From positions 26,962 through 90,961 of the forward strand of contig CAWIIY010000004.1 in assembly GCA_963836295.1 (NCBI GenBank): DNA of 64,000 nucleotides, written 5' to 3'. The position numbers and the translations under genes are program-made. Origin of the DNA: an uncultured Acidobacteriaceae bacterium (lineage in GTDB: Bacteria; Acidobacteriota; Terriglobia; Terriglobales; Acidobacteriaceae). The notes under the pieces were generated by a model that made no database searches, was not told where the DNA came from, and worked only from the letters and a program-made list of their open reading frames with translations. Below are positions 37,985 through 48,217 of the stretch, piece by piece (position 1 is the first letter of the stretch; each line of letters opens with the position of its first letter).

Positions 37985-39451
37985 GTGCCAATCAGACCGA
38001 CCCTTCACAGCGTCTCAGCAAATGGTCCGAGGTTTGCACTGTTTCTTGTTTTATCAGCGATCATGATCGGGTGTGGAGGGGGTGGCTCTAACTCTAGTCC
38101 TGGTGCGGCGACGGTCACTCCCGTAACTCCCACTGCAAGTGCGCCTCCGGCGGTTAAGCTTGATTTGCAGAAAATGCAAACGGTGGTTGCCGGCGGGGCG
38201 AGTTCGGATTATGTGGTTTCGACAACGGGAGAAGAAGGACTGGCAGAGATTGGGACTCACCGGATACGATTAATTAACGTAGACGATAACCTGGTTGGTG
38301 TTGCCGCGGACGGGACCCTGCAATTGCAATGGTCGTACCATCTTAACCAAGGGCTTGCTTTATGTCGTGAGCATCAGTGGATACCGCACATCATCATCGG
38401 CCATGTGTTACCTGCGCCCCTGGCCATAAAGGGAGTAAACGGACGGGTTTACGGGCCTTCCTCGTGGGCGATCTACGATCAATATATTCAAGCTTTCCTG
38501 GATTACGTAATCGTCTCACAAGGATTTACTGAGACCGAGTGGGAAGTCGGCAATGAGATGAGCATCCCTGCGCAAAACTGGGTTGCCCCCGTGTTACCGA
38601 CATCTGCAACCGATCCCGCAGGCTTCAGTGCTTACTCGACTTTGTACTCGCAAATAGCTACTGTAATAGACAATTTTAGGACCCAGCATCCTGGCACAGT
38701 GCTTCGCGTCGGAGGGCCGGCAGCCGATGTAGGTTGGGCGATAGAATTTGTGGACTTGGTGGCAAGCAAGAACGTCCCAGCGGATTTCGTCAGTCTGCAT
38801 GCGTATGGCAACCAACTGAACGGCACAGCGATGCAGACCAATATATCCAGTATTCAGCAGGAAATGGCCGATCAGCATCTCAGCGTGCCTATTGGTATCA
38901 CGGAATGGGGACCGAGTACAGGGAGCACGCTTAACTTTGAGCCGATTGCCGGCGCCTTCGCTCTAGAGTTCGCTTCGACCATCGCGCAAGCAGGAATTTC
39001 AGATGCCATCTTCCTGGCGCTATCTCAGTTTCCCACGAATGACTGGCCAGTGCTCTATACTACAGACCAGACCCCGACCGACGTCATGTTTGCCTTTGAG
39101 GCTTTGGCCGCCCTCAACGGAACAGAAGGTACTTGTACGAGTAGTGCCGGGCTTTCTTGTGTTGCCGTCACCAGTGACGATGGAACTGTGTCTTTGGTGT
39201 TCTGGAATTTTAGTTGGGCGGGCGCTCGTTTCCCGGACACCCTGACCCAGGCGAACGAAACCTATACGATAACGGTTCAGCCGGGAGTAAGTGCTACGCC
39301 AGCCTACACCATCCAGTCGGCGCAACTAGCTTCTGGGCCGTGGGATCAGAACGCCAATCCTATTGCCCTGGTCTCGAGCGGGACAAGTATACGACTCACT
39401 ATTCAAATACCGTACGGCTCTTACGGAAAGGTTTCGCTGAAACCAAATTGA
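37985..39451 (+). CDS. Lipoprotein, putative clan GH-A glycoside hydrolase
   Basis: Lipobox LSAIMIGC. WEVGNE (acid/base-like NE) and IGITEWG (nucleophile-like E) motifs about 120 aa apart. Start codon uncertain. Confidence 0.5.
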   Translation: MPIRPTLHSVSANGPRFALFLVLSAIMIGCGGGGSNSSPGAATVTPVTPTASAPPAVKLDLQKMQTVVAGGASSDYVVSTTGEEGLAEIGTHRIRLINVDDNLVGVAADGTLQLQWSYHLNQGLALCREHQWIPHIIIGHVLPAPLAIKGVNGRVYGPSSWAIYDQYIQAFLDYVIVSQGFTETEWEVGNEMSIPAQNWVAPVLPTSATDPAGFSAYSTLYSQIATVIDNFRTQHPGTVLRVGGPAADVGWAIEFVDLVASKNVPADFVSLHAYGNQLNGTAMQTNISSIQQEMADQHLSVPIGITEWGPSTGSTLNFEPIAGAFALEFASTIAQAGISDAIFLALSQFPTNDWPVLYTTDQTPTDVMFAFEALAALNGTEGTCTSSAGLSCVAVTSDDGTVSLVFWNFSWAGARFPDTLTQANETYTITVQPGVSATPAYTIQSAQLASGPWDQNANPIALVSSGTSIRLTIQIPYGSYGKVSLKPN

Positions 39452-39977
39452 ACAAGGAATGAACGAGTTAAAAGGCCAAGCTAGGCAACGTTTTTGGCAC
39501 TTCACGACGGGCGTAGACCAATCGACTGCACCCCAGGTGCTGGAAGGTTCTGTTCACATTAGCGAGTGCACAGTGCGTAATGTCGCCATTGAGGGTTACC
39601 AAGACCGACGTCGGCACCGCAACGTCAGGTTCCGGTCAGCGACCATACCAATCATAGCCTCTTCCCTGCTTCCCGTTTCAGGGTGCCCCAGAACCCGCCC
39701 GTCCGCTACTAGCCGTCGTACCCATTTCATGCTTTGGCCCTTGTGGTCGTGAAGTGGGGGGTGTCCGAAGTCTCGCTGGAGGGAATCGGCCCACGGGCGA
39801 GGTTTGGAGCGTGGCCTTCGCTCCTGTCCCAGAGTTGCAAAGATAGCTGCCAAGGTTTGCCTGAGCTACAATGATCTGGCCGGGCGAAACGGAAGCGGGC
39901 ACTGCGGGGGGACGCAGCCATGCCGAGCGATAGGTTAGCGGGCTCATCGAGACGATGATCGGCAGTGGGGGGAAATC

Positions 39978-40910
39978 ATGGGTTTTACCGCCGGTGGGGG
40001 ATTTATGCCCACGGCCGCGATGTCGCACCTGGATGTGCTGGAAGCCGAGAGCATCCACATAATGCGTGAGGTTGTGGCGGAGTCCTCACGGCCCGCGATG
40101 TTGTACTCCATCGGCAAGGATTCGTCAGTCATGTTGAGGCTCGCCCAGAAGGCCTTTTACCCTGGACGAATTCCCTTTCCGTTGATTCACATTGATACCG
40201 GGTTCAAGTTTCGCGAGATGATCGCGTTCCGCGATCACATTGCCCATGAAACTGGCGTGGAATTGATTGTCCACACCAATCGGGAGGCGAAGGAACAAGG
40301 CGCCAACCCCTTCCAACTGGGCACTACCAAATGCTGTGCTCTGTTGAAAACTAAGGCCCTATTGGACGTTCTCGCTGCCCATCACATCGATGCGGCCATC
40401 GGCGGGGCGCGCCGTGAGGAAGAAAAATCGCGCGCCAAGGAACGGGTGTTTTCCCTACGCGATTCCCTCGGCCAATGGGACCCCAAGGACCAGCGCCCCG
40501 AATTCTGGAGCCTCTACAATGGCCGCGTCGAACCCGGTCAAAGTATGCGCGTCTTTCCTCTCTCAAATTGGACTGAGCTGGACGTATGGGAGTACATCCA
40601 GAGAGAGAATATTCCGGTCGTTCCCCTCTATTTCGCCAAAGAGCGCGAGATGCTGGTACGAGGCGACTACCTGATCCCTCTTGACCACCCCATTGATCTG
40701 TTGCCGGGCGAGCAACCGCAGCGGGTGATGTGCCGCATGCGCTCGCTCGGCTGCACCTACTGCACCGGCGCAATTCGTTCGACCGCTTCAACGGTCGCCG
40801 AGATTGTGGAGGAACTGAAGTTCTTCCGCCGTTCCGAGCGGGAAAACCGGGTCATCGACCACGATCAGGAAGGCTCCATGGAGCTCAAGAAACGGGAGGG
40901 TTATTTTTGA
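39978..40910 (+). CDS. cysD: Sulfate adenylyltransferase subunit 2
   Basis: LEAESIHIMREV...MLYSIGKDSSVML...PFPLIHIDTGFKFREMI. Alternative ATG at 40020. Confidence 0.9.
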   Translation: MGFTAGGGFMPTAAMSHLDVLEAESIHIMREVVAESSRPAMLYSIGKDSSVMLRLAQKAFYPGRIPFPLIHIDTGFKFREMIAFRDHIAHETGVELIVHTNREAKEQGANPFQLGTTKCCALLKTKALLDVLAAHHIDAAIGGARREEEKSRAKERVFSLRDSLGQWDPKDQRPEFWSLYNGRVEPGQSMRVFPLSNWTELDVWEYIQRENIPVVPLYFAKEREMLVRGDYLIPLDHPIDLLPGEQPQRVMCRMRSLGCTYCTGAIRSTASTVAEIVEELKFFRRSERENRVIDHDQEGSMELKKREGYF

Positions 40911-42743
40911 GCACTGCGGGCGCGGAGCGGGACTTGCTGCGCTTCTTAACAGCGGGCAGTGTGGACGACGGCAAGTCAACCCTGATTGGCAGGCTGCTTT
41001 ACGATTCCGATGGTATCTACGACGATCAGCTTTCCTCGTTGCGCAAGGCGTCGGCCGCCAAGAACGTCGCACTCGATCTGTCTTTGCTGACGGACGGTTT
41101 GCGGGCCGAGCGCGAGCAAGGTATCACGATCGATGTCGCTTATCGTTATTTCTCCACCCCCCGCCGAAAGTTCATCATAGCCGACGCGCCCGGTCACGAG
41201 CAGTACACGCGCAACATGGCGACCGGGGCCTCGACGTCCGAATTGGCTGTGATCCTGGTGGATGCCCGCAAAGGTGTCTTGCAGCAGACACGCCGACACA
41301 CCCTGATCGCGTCGCTGATGGGTATCCGCCAGATGATCGTGGCCATCAACAAGATGGACTTGGTGGACTTCGACCAGCAGGTGTTTCATTCGATTCGCGA
41401 TCAGTTCGGAGAGTTCCTAAAGTCCCTGCAGGGCGCCGAATTCCATTTCGTGCCTTTGAGTGCGCTTGAGGGCGACAATGTCATCGAGCGCAGCGATCGA
41501 ATGCCATGGTACGAGGGAAAGTCACTGCTGCACCTGCTCGAGACCATTCCTACGGCCGCCCGGCGCGATGGCGGGCTGCGCTTTCCCATCCAGAATGTCG
41601 TTCGCCCCAATCCGGATTTCCGCGGTTATGCCGGGCAGGTAGGGTCAGGCATCGTGAGGCCCGGACAGGAAGTCATTGCCTTGCCCTCGCTGCAGCGCAC
41701 CACAGTCAAAGAGATACTGCTTCATACCAAGACCCTGGAGGAAGCTGGTCCGAGCCAATCGGTCGTGCTGACCACCACTGATCACATCGACCTGGGCAGG
41801 GGCGACATGCTAGTGGCCTCCGACGCGGTTCCTGCGGTGTCGGCGAAAATCACTGCTTACCTGATCTGGCTATCGCACACGCCGCTGCGCAAGAGCACTC
41901 GCTATCTGGTCAAGCACACGACACAGGTGTTATGCGGCAAAGTCAGCCGCCTGAATCACAAAATCGAGATCAATACTTTCGCCAAGCTGGATGCCGACAG
42001 TCTGCATTTCAACGAAATCGGCGAGGTGCCAACTCGACCTGCACAACCCGATTTTCTGCGATCCCTACCAGCACAATCGCAGCACGGGAAGCTTCATTGT
42101 CATCGATCCTTTCAACAACGATACCCTCGCCGCCGGCATGATTGTGGAAGCAACTCCCGACCGTCCCAGCGAAGCAACCGATGGGGCCTATGCCGGCTCT
42201 AGCGTCGCGCGGCAGCAGGGATTGACAGTTTGGTTTACCGGCTTGAGCGCAGCCGGTAAGACAACGATTTGCAGGGCCGTCGCCACCGAGCTTCTGGCCC
42301 ACGGGTTGCAGGTGGAAGTGATTGACGGCGATGTCATCCGCAACTATCTTTGCAAGGATCTTGGTTTCAGTAAGCACGACCGGGACGAAAATATCCGCCG
42401 CATCGCATTCGTGGCGCAGTTGCTGACGCGAAATGGCGCGATCGTTCTCGTCTCGGCGATTTCGCCCTATCGGGCGGCACGCGATGCCGCGCGCCATTCC
42501 ATTGGCGACTTCATGGAGGTTTACGTCAACACTCCCCTCGCCGTGTGCGAGGTGCGCGATCCCAAGGATCTCTACAAGAAGGCACGGGCCGGCGAGATCA
42601 CCGGATTCACCGGCATCGACGACCCCTACGAGCCGCCAATGGGGCCGGAAACTATTTGCAACACCGACCAGGAGAGTACGCGAGAAAGCTCCTCGAAGGT
42701 GGTGGCGGCGGTCCTTCGCTACCTTGCTGCAAAACGCTCTTGA
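40907..42743 (+). CDS. cysNC: Bifunctional sulfate adenylyltransferase subunit 1 / APS kinase, split by a 1-nt frame change
   Basis: TTG 40907 overlaps the cysD stop and has GGGAGGG upstream. GTPase motifs GSVDDGKST, DAPGH, NKMD. An extra C at 42029 (GAG GTG C CAA CTC) joins to the APS-kinase part with P-loop GLSAAGKTT. Confidence 0.85.
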
Positions 42744-42785
42744 ACTGGGGTTGGGCGTTCCGATTCCGACGACGAGTTAGGCGGA

Positions 42786-43592
42786 ATGGTACTGGACTTA
42801 GGCGCAATCGCCGGAAGAGTTGCCGTAGGTCTAGCCGTCGGCGTCCTGGTTGGACTCACTGGACTCGGCGGCGGCATGGTGCTGCTCCCAGTACTGATTT
42901 CTGTCTTGGGCGTTCCACCCATCCTCGCCGTCGGCTCCGATGCCGTTATCAACTGCATTACCAAGATTGGAGCGGGTGGACTGCATTGGCGTCAGGGAAA
43001 CGTCAGTTGGCGACTGGTGCTCAGCCTGACTTACGGCAGCATCCCGGGCGCCATCATTGGAGTGGCCATCCTGACATGGGTGCGTGCGACCTTCGGGAAT
43101 GGGGTCAACGACTTCCTGCGGGCCTCAATCGGGGTCTTGTTGGTCGTCATTCCAGTTGGATACTTGTTCAAGCCGCGCGCTTCCGCTCCTCAGGTTTCTT
43201 TTTCGGTATTGCAGGAGAAAAAGTATTGCTTTGGTGTCACGCTCATCGGATTCTTCGCCGGGATTCTGGTGGGCTTGACCTCCATCGGCTCGGGCAGTGT
43301 CATCCTGGTGCTGCTACTAGTCTTCTACGGTTTTCCGCCCGCCATGCTGGTGGGCACCGACATTATTCATGCCGTTCTGCTGGCAGGGCTGACCGGCTGG
43401 CTTCAGTTCAAGCTCGGCAACGTGGATTTCGTTCTCGTTCTGTGCGTGCTCATGGGTTCTGTCCCAGGAGGCCTCTTGGGCGCTTATCTGGCCAGCCACG
43501 TGTCATCCTCCCGGCTCAAGCAGGTACTCTGCGTGCTGCTCATGGCCGTTGGGGCAAGAATGCTCTGGGGAGTGTTGGTCCATGCTAACTGA
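42786..43592 (+). CDS. TauE/SafE-family anion permease
   Basis: Polytopic membrane protein; GLTGLGGGMVLLPVL and internal repeat GLTSIGSGSV. Confidence 0.8.
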   Translation: MVLDLGAIAGRVAVGLAVGVLVGLTGLGGGMVLLPVLISVLGVPPILAVGSDAVINCITKIGAGGLHWRQGNVSWRLVLSLTYGSIPGAIIGVAILTWVRATFGNGVNDFLRASIGVLLVVIPVGYLFKPRASAPQVSFSVLQEKKYCFGVTLIGFFAGILVGLTSIGSGSVILVLLLVFYGFPPAMLVGTDIIHAVLLAGLTGWLQFKLGNVDFVLVLCVLMGSVPGGLLGAYLASHVSSSRLKQVLCVLLMAVGARMLWGVLVHAN

Positions 43593-44397
43593 GTCTGCGC
43601 AGCGCCAATACCTGGCGCGCATCAAGCGTGCTCTGCAGGCTGCCACCGAGATCGCCAGGCAGTATGCGCCTGGCACGTTTCGCGTGCGCGACAACGGCGG
43701 ACGCAACGTGATCACCGAGGTTGACTGCCGGCTTAGCGAGGTGCTCCGCGGCCACTTACTGCAGCCTGGCGAGGGTTGGCTTTCGGAGGAAGATCCCGAC
43801 GACCAGGCACGGCTGGCTTCCGACATTGTCTGGGTGGTAGATCCCGTAGACGGCACGCGCGAATTCGTCGATGTCATTCCCGAGTGGTGTATCTCGGTGG
43901 GACTCGTCGTGGAGGGAGTGGCTACCGCCGGCGGCACCTGCAATCCGGCCAGCAATGAGTCGTTTTTGGGCTCGCTGGATTGCGGCGTTACGTACAACGG
44001 TCGTCTCGTGCGCGCCGCAACGCGCACAACTTTGGATGGTGCAGTCGTGCTCGCCAGCCGCCAGGAGTGCAAACGCGGAGAGTGGCGGCGCTTCGACCAA
44101 GCTCCCTTCGAGGTTCGACCGATGGGATCCATCGCCTACAAACTCTCCCTTGTTTCTGCGGGACTGGCCGATGCCACGTGGACACTGTCTCCCAAGCACG
44201 AGTGGGATGTGGCCGCTGGAGTCGCGCTGGTCACTTCCGCGGGTGGCCATGTTGCCTGCACCGACAATGCCGCGCCGCGGTTCAATCGCAGCAACACGCT
44301 TGTGGCGAAATTGGTGGCCAGCGGAGAAGCCCTCTGGCCAGAAATCGTTCAATTCATTGAGCGAGATCGAAGTTCGAAGAACCTTGATACAGCCTGA
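43582..44397 (+). CDS. cysQ: Inositol-monophosphatase-family 3'(2'),5'-bisphosphate nucleotidase
   Basis: WLSEED and WVVDPVDGTREF motifs; overlaps the permease by 11 nt. Confidence 0.75.
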   Translation: MLTESAQRQYLARIKRALQAATEIARQYAPGTFRVRDNGGRNVITEVDCRLSEVLRGHLLQPGEGWLSEEDPDDQARLASDIVWVVDPVDGTREFVDVIPEWCISVGLVVEGVATAGGTCNPASNESFLGSLDCGVTYNGRLVRAATRTTLDGAVVLASRQECKRGEWRRFDQAPFEVRPMGSIAYKLSLVSAGLADATWTLSPKHEWDVAAGVALVTSAGGHVACTDNAAPRFNRSNTLVAKLVASGEALWPEIVQFIERDRSSKNLDTA

Positions 44398-44740
44398 ACA
44401 AAAGGGACAAGATGCGCGTCAGCCCGCAACGCATGTAGTTGAAGCTATTGGAGAAACAAGACTTACGGATGATGAGGTACAGGACATTTGAGGCCGATTC
44501 ACCCAAATCAAAAGGCAAGCTAAATCAATGATTTACAGCCACGGTCCTGGCTCCGTACTACCACCTCTCTGGAAAGTTGCCCCGGTATTAGCAACAGATT
44601 GCGATCAAACATGTCCGCCATCCCTGCATGCTTGACATACCGTCATTGCGCGTCCCGAAGCGCCGATGAATAAGCTTCGATCCTGTGCTATAGTCGATAA
44701 TCTGCAGGGTTGGACGCCAGTTTCAGATCCGGAGGAGTTG

Positions 44741-44971
44741 ATGAAGTACCGGCGGAACGTTCTAACTACTTTTGTGGTGTGTGCTTTGTGCCTTGTATTT
44801 GTTACAACCCCGGCTTACGCATACGTCGACCCCAACGCAGTGGGTTTGGCTTCCCAGATACTGACTCCTATCCTGATAGCCGCCGCCGCCGGCGTTACAT
44901 TCCTTAGAAAACGAATCGGAGCTGCTTTCGGCGCATTGGCGCGGCGCCTGCGGCGACGCGCTAATGCCTAG
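44741..44971 (+). CDS. Small membrane protein (76 aa)
   Basis: GGAGGAG lies 4 nt before the ATG. Signal/TM segment, YVDPNAVGLASQILTPILIAAAAGV second TM, Arg-rich tail. Stop overlaps the next start (ATGCCTAG). Confidence 0.45.
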   Translation: MKYRRNVLTTFVVCALCLVFVTTPAYAYVDPNAVGLASQILTPILIAAAAGVTFLRKRIGAAFGALARRLRRRANA

Positions 44972-46925
44972 TCGCGATTTCCGTTCCACGGTCGCGTCGC
45001 TCTGGTTCCGGCTGATCACCCTCGGGATTCTCGGCTTGGCCTTTGCCGAAACGCTCAGTCTGGCACAGGGAGAGGTTCAGGGCTGGACCTTTTATCTCAC
45101 CACTGCTGGGATCGTTTTCGAAGTAGCGGTGCGTCTGATTTTCGCGTCGCTGGCCGGTGTCGCTTTAGGGACCCTCTGTACCGCCGCCCTTGCCCCCTTT
45201 CTCTGGCATTTCAGGTCATCGCGCGAACGAATTGCCGAGTGGGCGACAAAGGTTGGCGTGGTTCTGGTCGTATTCCTGGATTCCAGGTTTGCGTTGACAA
45301 TCCTGATCAATTTGTGGGGGGCTAACCACGGCCCGCGATTTGCGACCACTTTGCTCACAGCCCACTTCCTGGCTTTCGCCGTAGCCCTTTACATTCCTCG
45401 CATCCGGAGACAAGTGGTGACGAGCATCGACGGCTTCATGGGCGAAAAGATGACTCGACGCACCGCTATTGCGACAATCGTCGGCGCTGGTGGTCTAGTG
45501 GCCACGGAATTTGCTCTTAGCAGGACAGCACCCGTGGTAAAGGCAGCGCTGCTTCCGCAGCGGCCAAAATCTAACATCCTGCTGATCACTTTCGACGCCT
45601 TAAGTGCGGAAGATATGTCCCTTTACGGGTATGGGCTGCCGACCACTCCGATGATCGACGCTTTTGCCCGCACGGGTACAGTCTTTAAGAACTTCTATTC
45701 CGCCTCTACCTTCACGACTCCAAGCATAGCGACGCTGCTGACGGGACTCTATCCCTCAGGACACCATGTTTATCAGCTGAGAGGCCACGTGCGGGCGCAG
45801 GACGCCAAGAGGAGCCTGCCGCACGCCATGCGAGCCGCCGGCTACGCCACTGGCGCGTTCTTCTCCAACCCGTATGCATACTATCTCGCGGAGACCATGA
45901 GGAACGAGTTCGATTTCCTGCCGCAGCCAACCTTCCAGCAGGGTGGGTTGCAACATCTGTGGGAGGGCACCAGCTGGCTGCACCAGGATACTAGGATTGG
46001 AAGCCGCATCGACGAATACAACGATTTGATGTATGTCTGGAATTCTCTGGGCCGGTTGCCCTACGTTCTCCCCCTGGAGTTCCGGGCGGCCGAGAGTTTC
46101 GCACAGGCGCGGGAAATGCTCGCCAAATTGCCCGATGGATTTTTCCTGTGGGTCCATGTGATGACACCGCACAACCCCTATCATCCCGATGCGGCAGACC
46201 GGGGACGTTTCATCCCTGACGACCAACTGCGAACATTTGAATTTGAAGGGGACGACGGCTTGCCTCGCTGGTATCCGCATTACAGCCCCGACCAGCAGAG
46301 CCAAGTGAACCAGCGTCGTCTTGCCTACGACGAGTTCGTCGCCACCGCCGATCGCGCCTTCGGGGTCTTCATGTCGGAATTGGAAAACAGCGGAAATTTG
46401 AGGGACACAACGGTCATTGTGTCGGCCGATCATGGGGAAAGTTTTGAGGGCGGCGTCTATCAGCATGAAAGCCGGTATCTGACCCGGCCGGTTATCCACA
46501 TCCCTCTTATCATCCGCACACCCGACCAGCAGGAAGGCCGCATGGTTGCATTTACCGCGGACCAGACAGCGCTCGCACCCACGATTCTCGAGCTCGCCGG
46601 TCAGCCGAAACCTGATTGGATGCCCGGCCAATCGCTTGTGCGGTGGCTGAACAGGGATGGCCAAGGCGAAGGTGAGGGACTGGCGTTCTGCCAGTATCTG
46701 CAGCAGAACAGCGTTTTCAAGCCCCTGCGGGAGGGAACCGTAGGCGTGATCGACGGGCAGTACCAATATGTCCTTGTCCTTTCTACTGGAACGGGTGTGC
46801 TTCGCCGGCTGAACGAAGCGCAGTTCTGGAACCTCGACCGCGCTGCCGAATATCCTGAGCGGGCGGAGGCATTGCGCGCTGTGATCTATTCGCGATTTCC
46901 GAATCTAATGCAAAAATCTACGTGA
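44964..46925 (+). CDS. Polytopic membrane protein with alkaline-phosphatase-superfamily (sulfatase/LtaS/EptA-like) domain
   Basis: About 5 N-terminal TM helices, then ILLITFDALSAEDM, SASTFTTPSIATLLTG (Thr where sulfatases have Cys/Ser) and SADHGESF. Confidence 0.75.
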   Translation: MPSRDFRSTVASLWFRLITLGILGLAFAETLSLAQGEVQGWTFYLTTAGIVFEVAVRLIFASLAGVALGTLCTAALAPFLWHFRSSRERIAEWATKVGVVLVVFLDSRFALTILINLWGANHGPRFATTLLTAHFLAFAVALYIPRIRRQVVTSIDGFMGEKMTRRTAIATIVGAGGLVATEFALSRTAPVVKAALLPQRPKSNILLITFDALSAEDMSLYGYGLPTTPMIDAFARTGTVFKNFYSASTFTTPSIATLLTGLYPSGHHVYQLRGHVRAQDAKRSLPHAMRAAGYATGAFFSNPYAYYLAETMRNEFDFLPQPTFQQGGLQHLWEGTSWLHQDTRIGSRIDEYNDLMYVWNSLGRLPYVLPLEFRAAESFAQAREMLAKLPDGFFLWVHVMTPHNPYHPDAADRGRFIPDDQLRTFEFEGDDGLPRWYPHYSPDQQSQVNQRRLAYDEFVATADRAFGVFMSELENSGNLRDTTVIVSADHGESFEGGVYQHESRYLTRPVIHIPLIIRTPDQQEGRMVAFTADQTALAPTILELAGQPKPDWMPGQSLVRWLNRDGQGEGEGLAFCQYLQQNSVFKPLREGTVGVIDGQYQYVLVLSTGTGVLRRLNEAQFWNLDRAAEYPERAEALRAVIYSRFPNLMQKST

Positions 46926-48025
46926 GCCGACAATATCTGAACCTCACTTCGGGCGCTTGGCGGCAACTTCGCCGGAGCTGGCACCTCCGACCAAGTCCTA
47001 TGCTGCTTTGGCAAACCCTGGCGCCCGGTTCCCTATTCTCCGCGATGGCGGCATTGCAGGAGATGTCCGCTCGCAAGCAACTGGCCCAGGCAAATTACCG
47101 GAACGCCATCGTAATTCTTGGCTACTGGCGTTCCGGCACGACGCTGCTGCACGAGTTACTGTGCCTTGATGCCCGTTACACCTATCCGACGACGCATGCT
47201 TGCATGAACCCTCATCATTTCCTACTCTCGGAAGCCTCGGTCCTGGCTCGCGGAGGTTCCAGCCGGCAGCGGCCGATGGATGAGATGGAGGTTCATGCCG
47301 GTTCGCCGCAGGAGGACGAGTTCGCACTTCTGTCGCTGGGCGCGCGTTCGCCTTACGAAGCGCTTCTGATTCCCAGGATACTGCCGGAGGCCCTGAAGCT
47401 CACCGACCCTCGAGACCTTTCATCGCGAGATGAAGAGCGCTGGCGCGAGGTTTTCCTGAGTTTTCTCGCGGGTGTATCGGTGCGGGGAATGGGCCGGCCC
47501 ATGATCCTGAAATCGCCGACGCACGGCTGTCGCGTCGCCATTGTTCGCGAACTGCTTCCGGATGCGCGCTTCGTGGTGATCGTGCGCGACCCTTGGACCA
47601 GCTTCGAATCGGTGGTCCGAATGTGGCGCAAAATGTTTGAAACGTACGCCATTGGATCGATACTGCCAGATGACGATATCCGCGAAGCGATTATCGCCGA
47701 TCGGCCCCGCTTTGAGGCGAAGCTGGCCTCCAGTACCGCCGATCTGCCCACGAACCGATTCATGACGATAACCTACGAGTCTCTAATTGCTAATCCAGCC
47801 GAGGTGATCGAACAGCTCTACGATCGGCTGGAACTCGGAGATTTCAACACAATGCGTGAGGCGGTCATCGCCGAGACGAAACGCCGCCGTGGATACCAGG
47901 CGAAGGGCACCTTGCCGTCGGACTTATGGCGACAGCGAATTAGTAATGAGTGGGCGGCGATTCTAACGCATCATGCAAATTTACGGCAACGCGCGTTCTC
48001 TCTGCCGGAAGGGGCTCCGGGCTAA
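46922..48025 (+). CDS. Sulfotransferase-family protein
   Basis: 5'-PSB-like GYWRSGTTLLHELL and 3'-PB-like KSPTH...VVIVRDP. GTG overlaps the previous stop (GTGA). Confidence 0.75.
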   Translation: MSRQYLNLTSGAWRQLRRSWHLRPSPMLLWQTLAPGSLFSAMAALQEMSARKQLAQANYRNAIVILGYWRSGTTLLHELLCLDARYTYPTTHACMNPHHFLLSEASVLARGGSSRQRPMDEMEVHAGSPQEDEFALLSLGARSPYEALLIPRILPEALKLTDPRDLSSRDEERWREVFLSFLAGVSVRGMGRPMILKSPTHGCRVAIVRELLPDARFVVIVRDPWTSFESVVRMWRKMFETYAIGSILPDDDIREAIIADRPRFEAKLASSTADLPTNRFMTITYESLIANPAEVIEQLYDRLELGDFNTMREAVIAETKRRRGYQAKGTLPSDLWRQRISNEWAAILTHHANLRQRAFSLPEGAPG

Positions 48026-48217
48026 GTTTCCGAGCTGTCGCCGGTCCGGTGAATCACGCCATGGCTAACTACGAATGCAGACCCGACGATCGGATTCCCG
48101 AGTGGCACGGAGCCCTTACAGGTCAATCAAGGGAGCCTCAAATAGGAGCTCGGCGTCCCATCGACTCTCTACAACAGGGTTCCTGATGCGATCACGCCCA
48201 TTCATAACCATCCTTGG

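Noticed and set aside
42545-43588. A 347-aa Arg-rich ORF, and ORF 25775..26677, as real genes.
   Set aside because: They overlap the TauE-like permease and the CPBP protease respectively in another frame. Their composition (RRRR, GRR runs) is off-frame noise.
44632-44694. A sigma-70 promoter for the sulfotransferase sub-cluster (TTGACA at 44632, TGcTATAGT extended -10 at 44686).
   Set aside because: The two elements are 51 nt apart, so they cannot form one promoter, and neither has a proper partner hexamer. Too weak to list as a feature.
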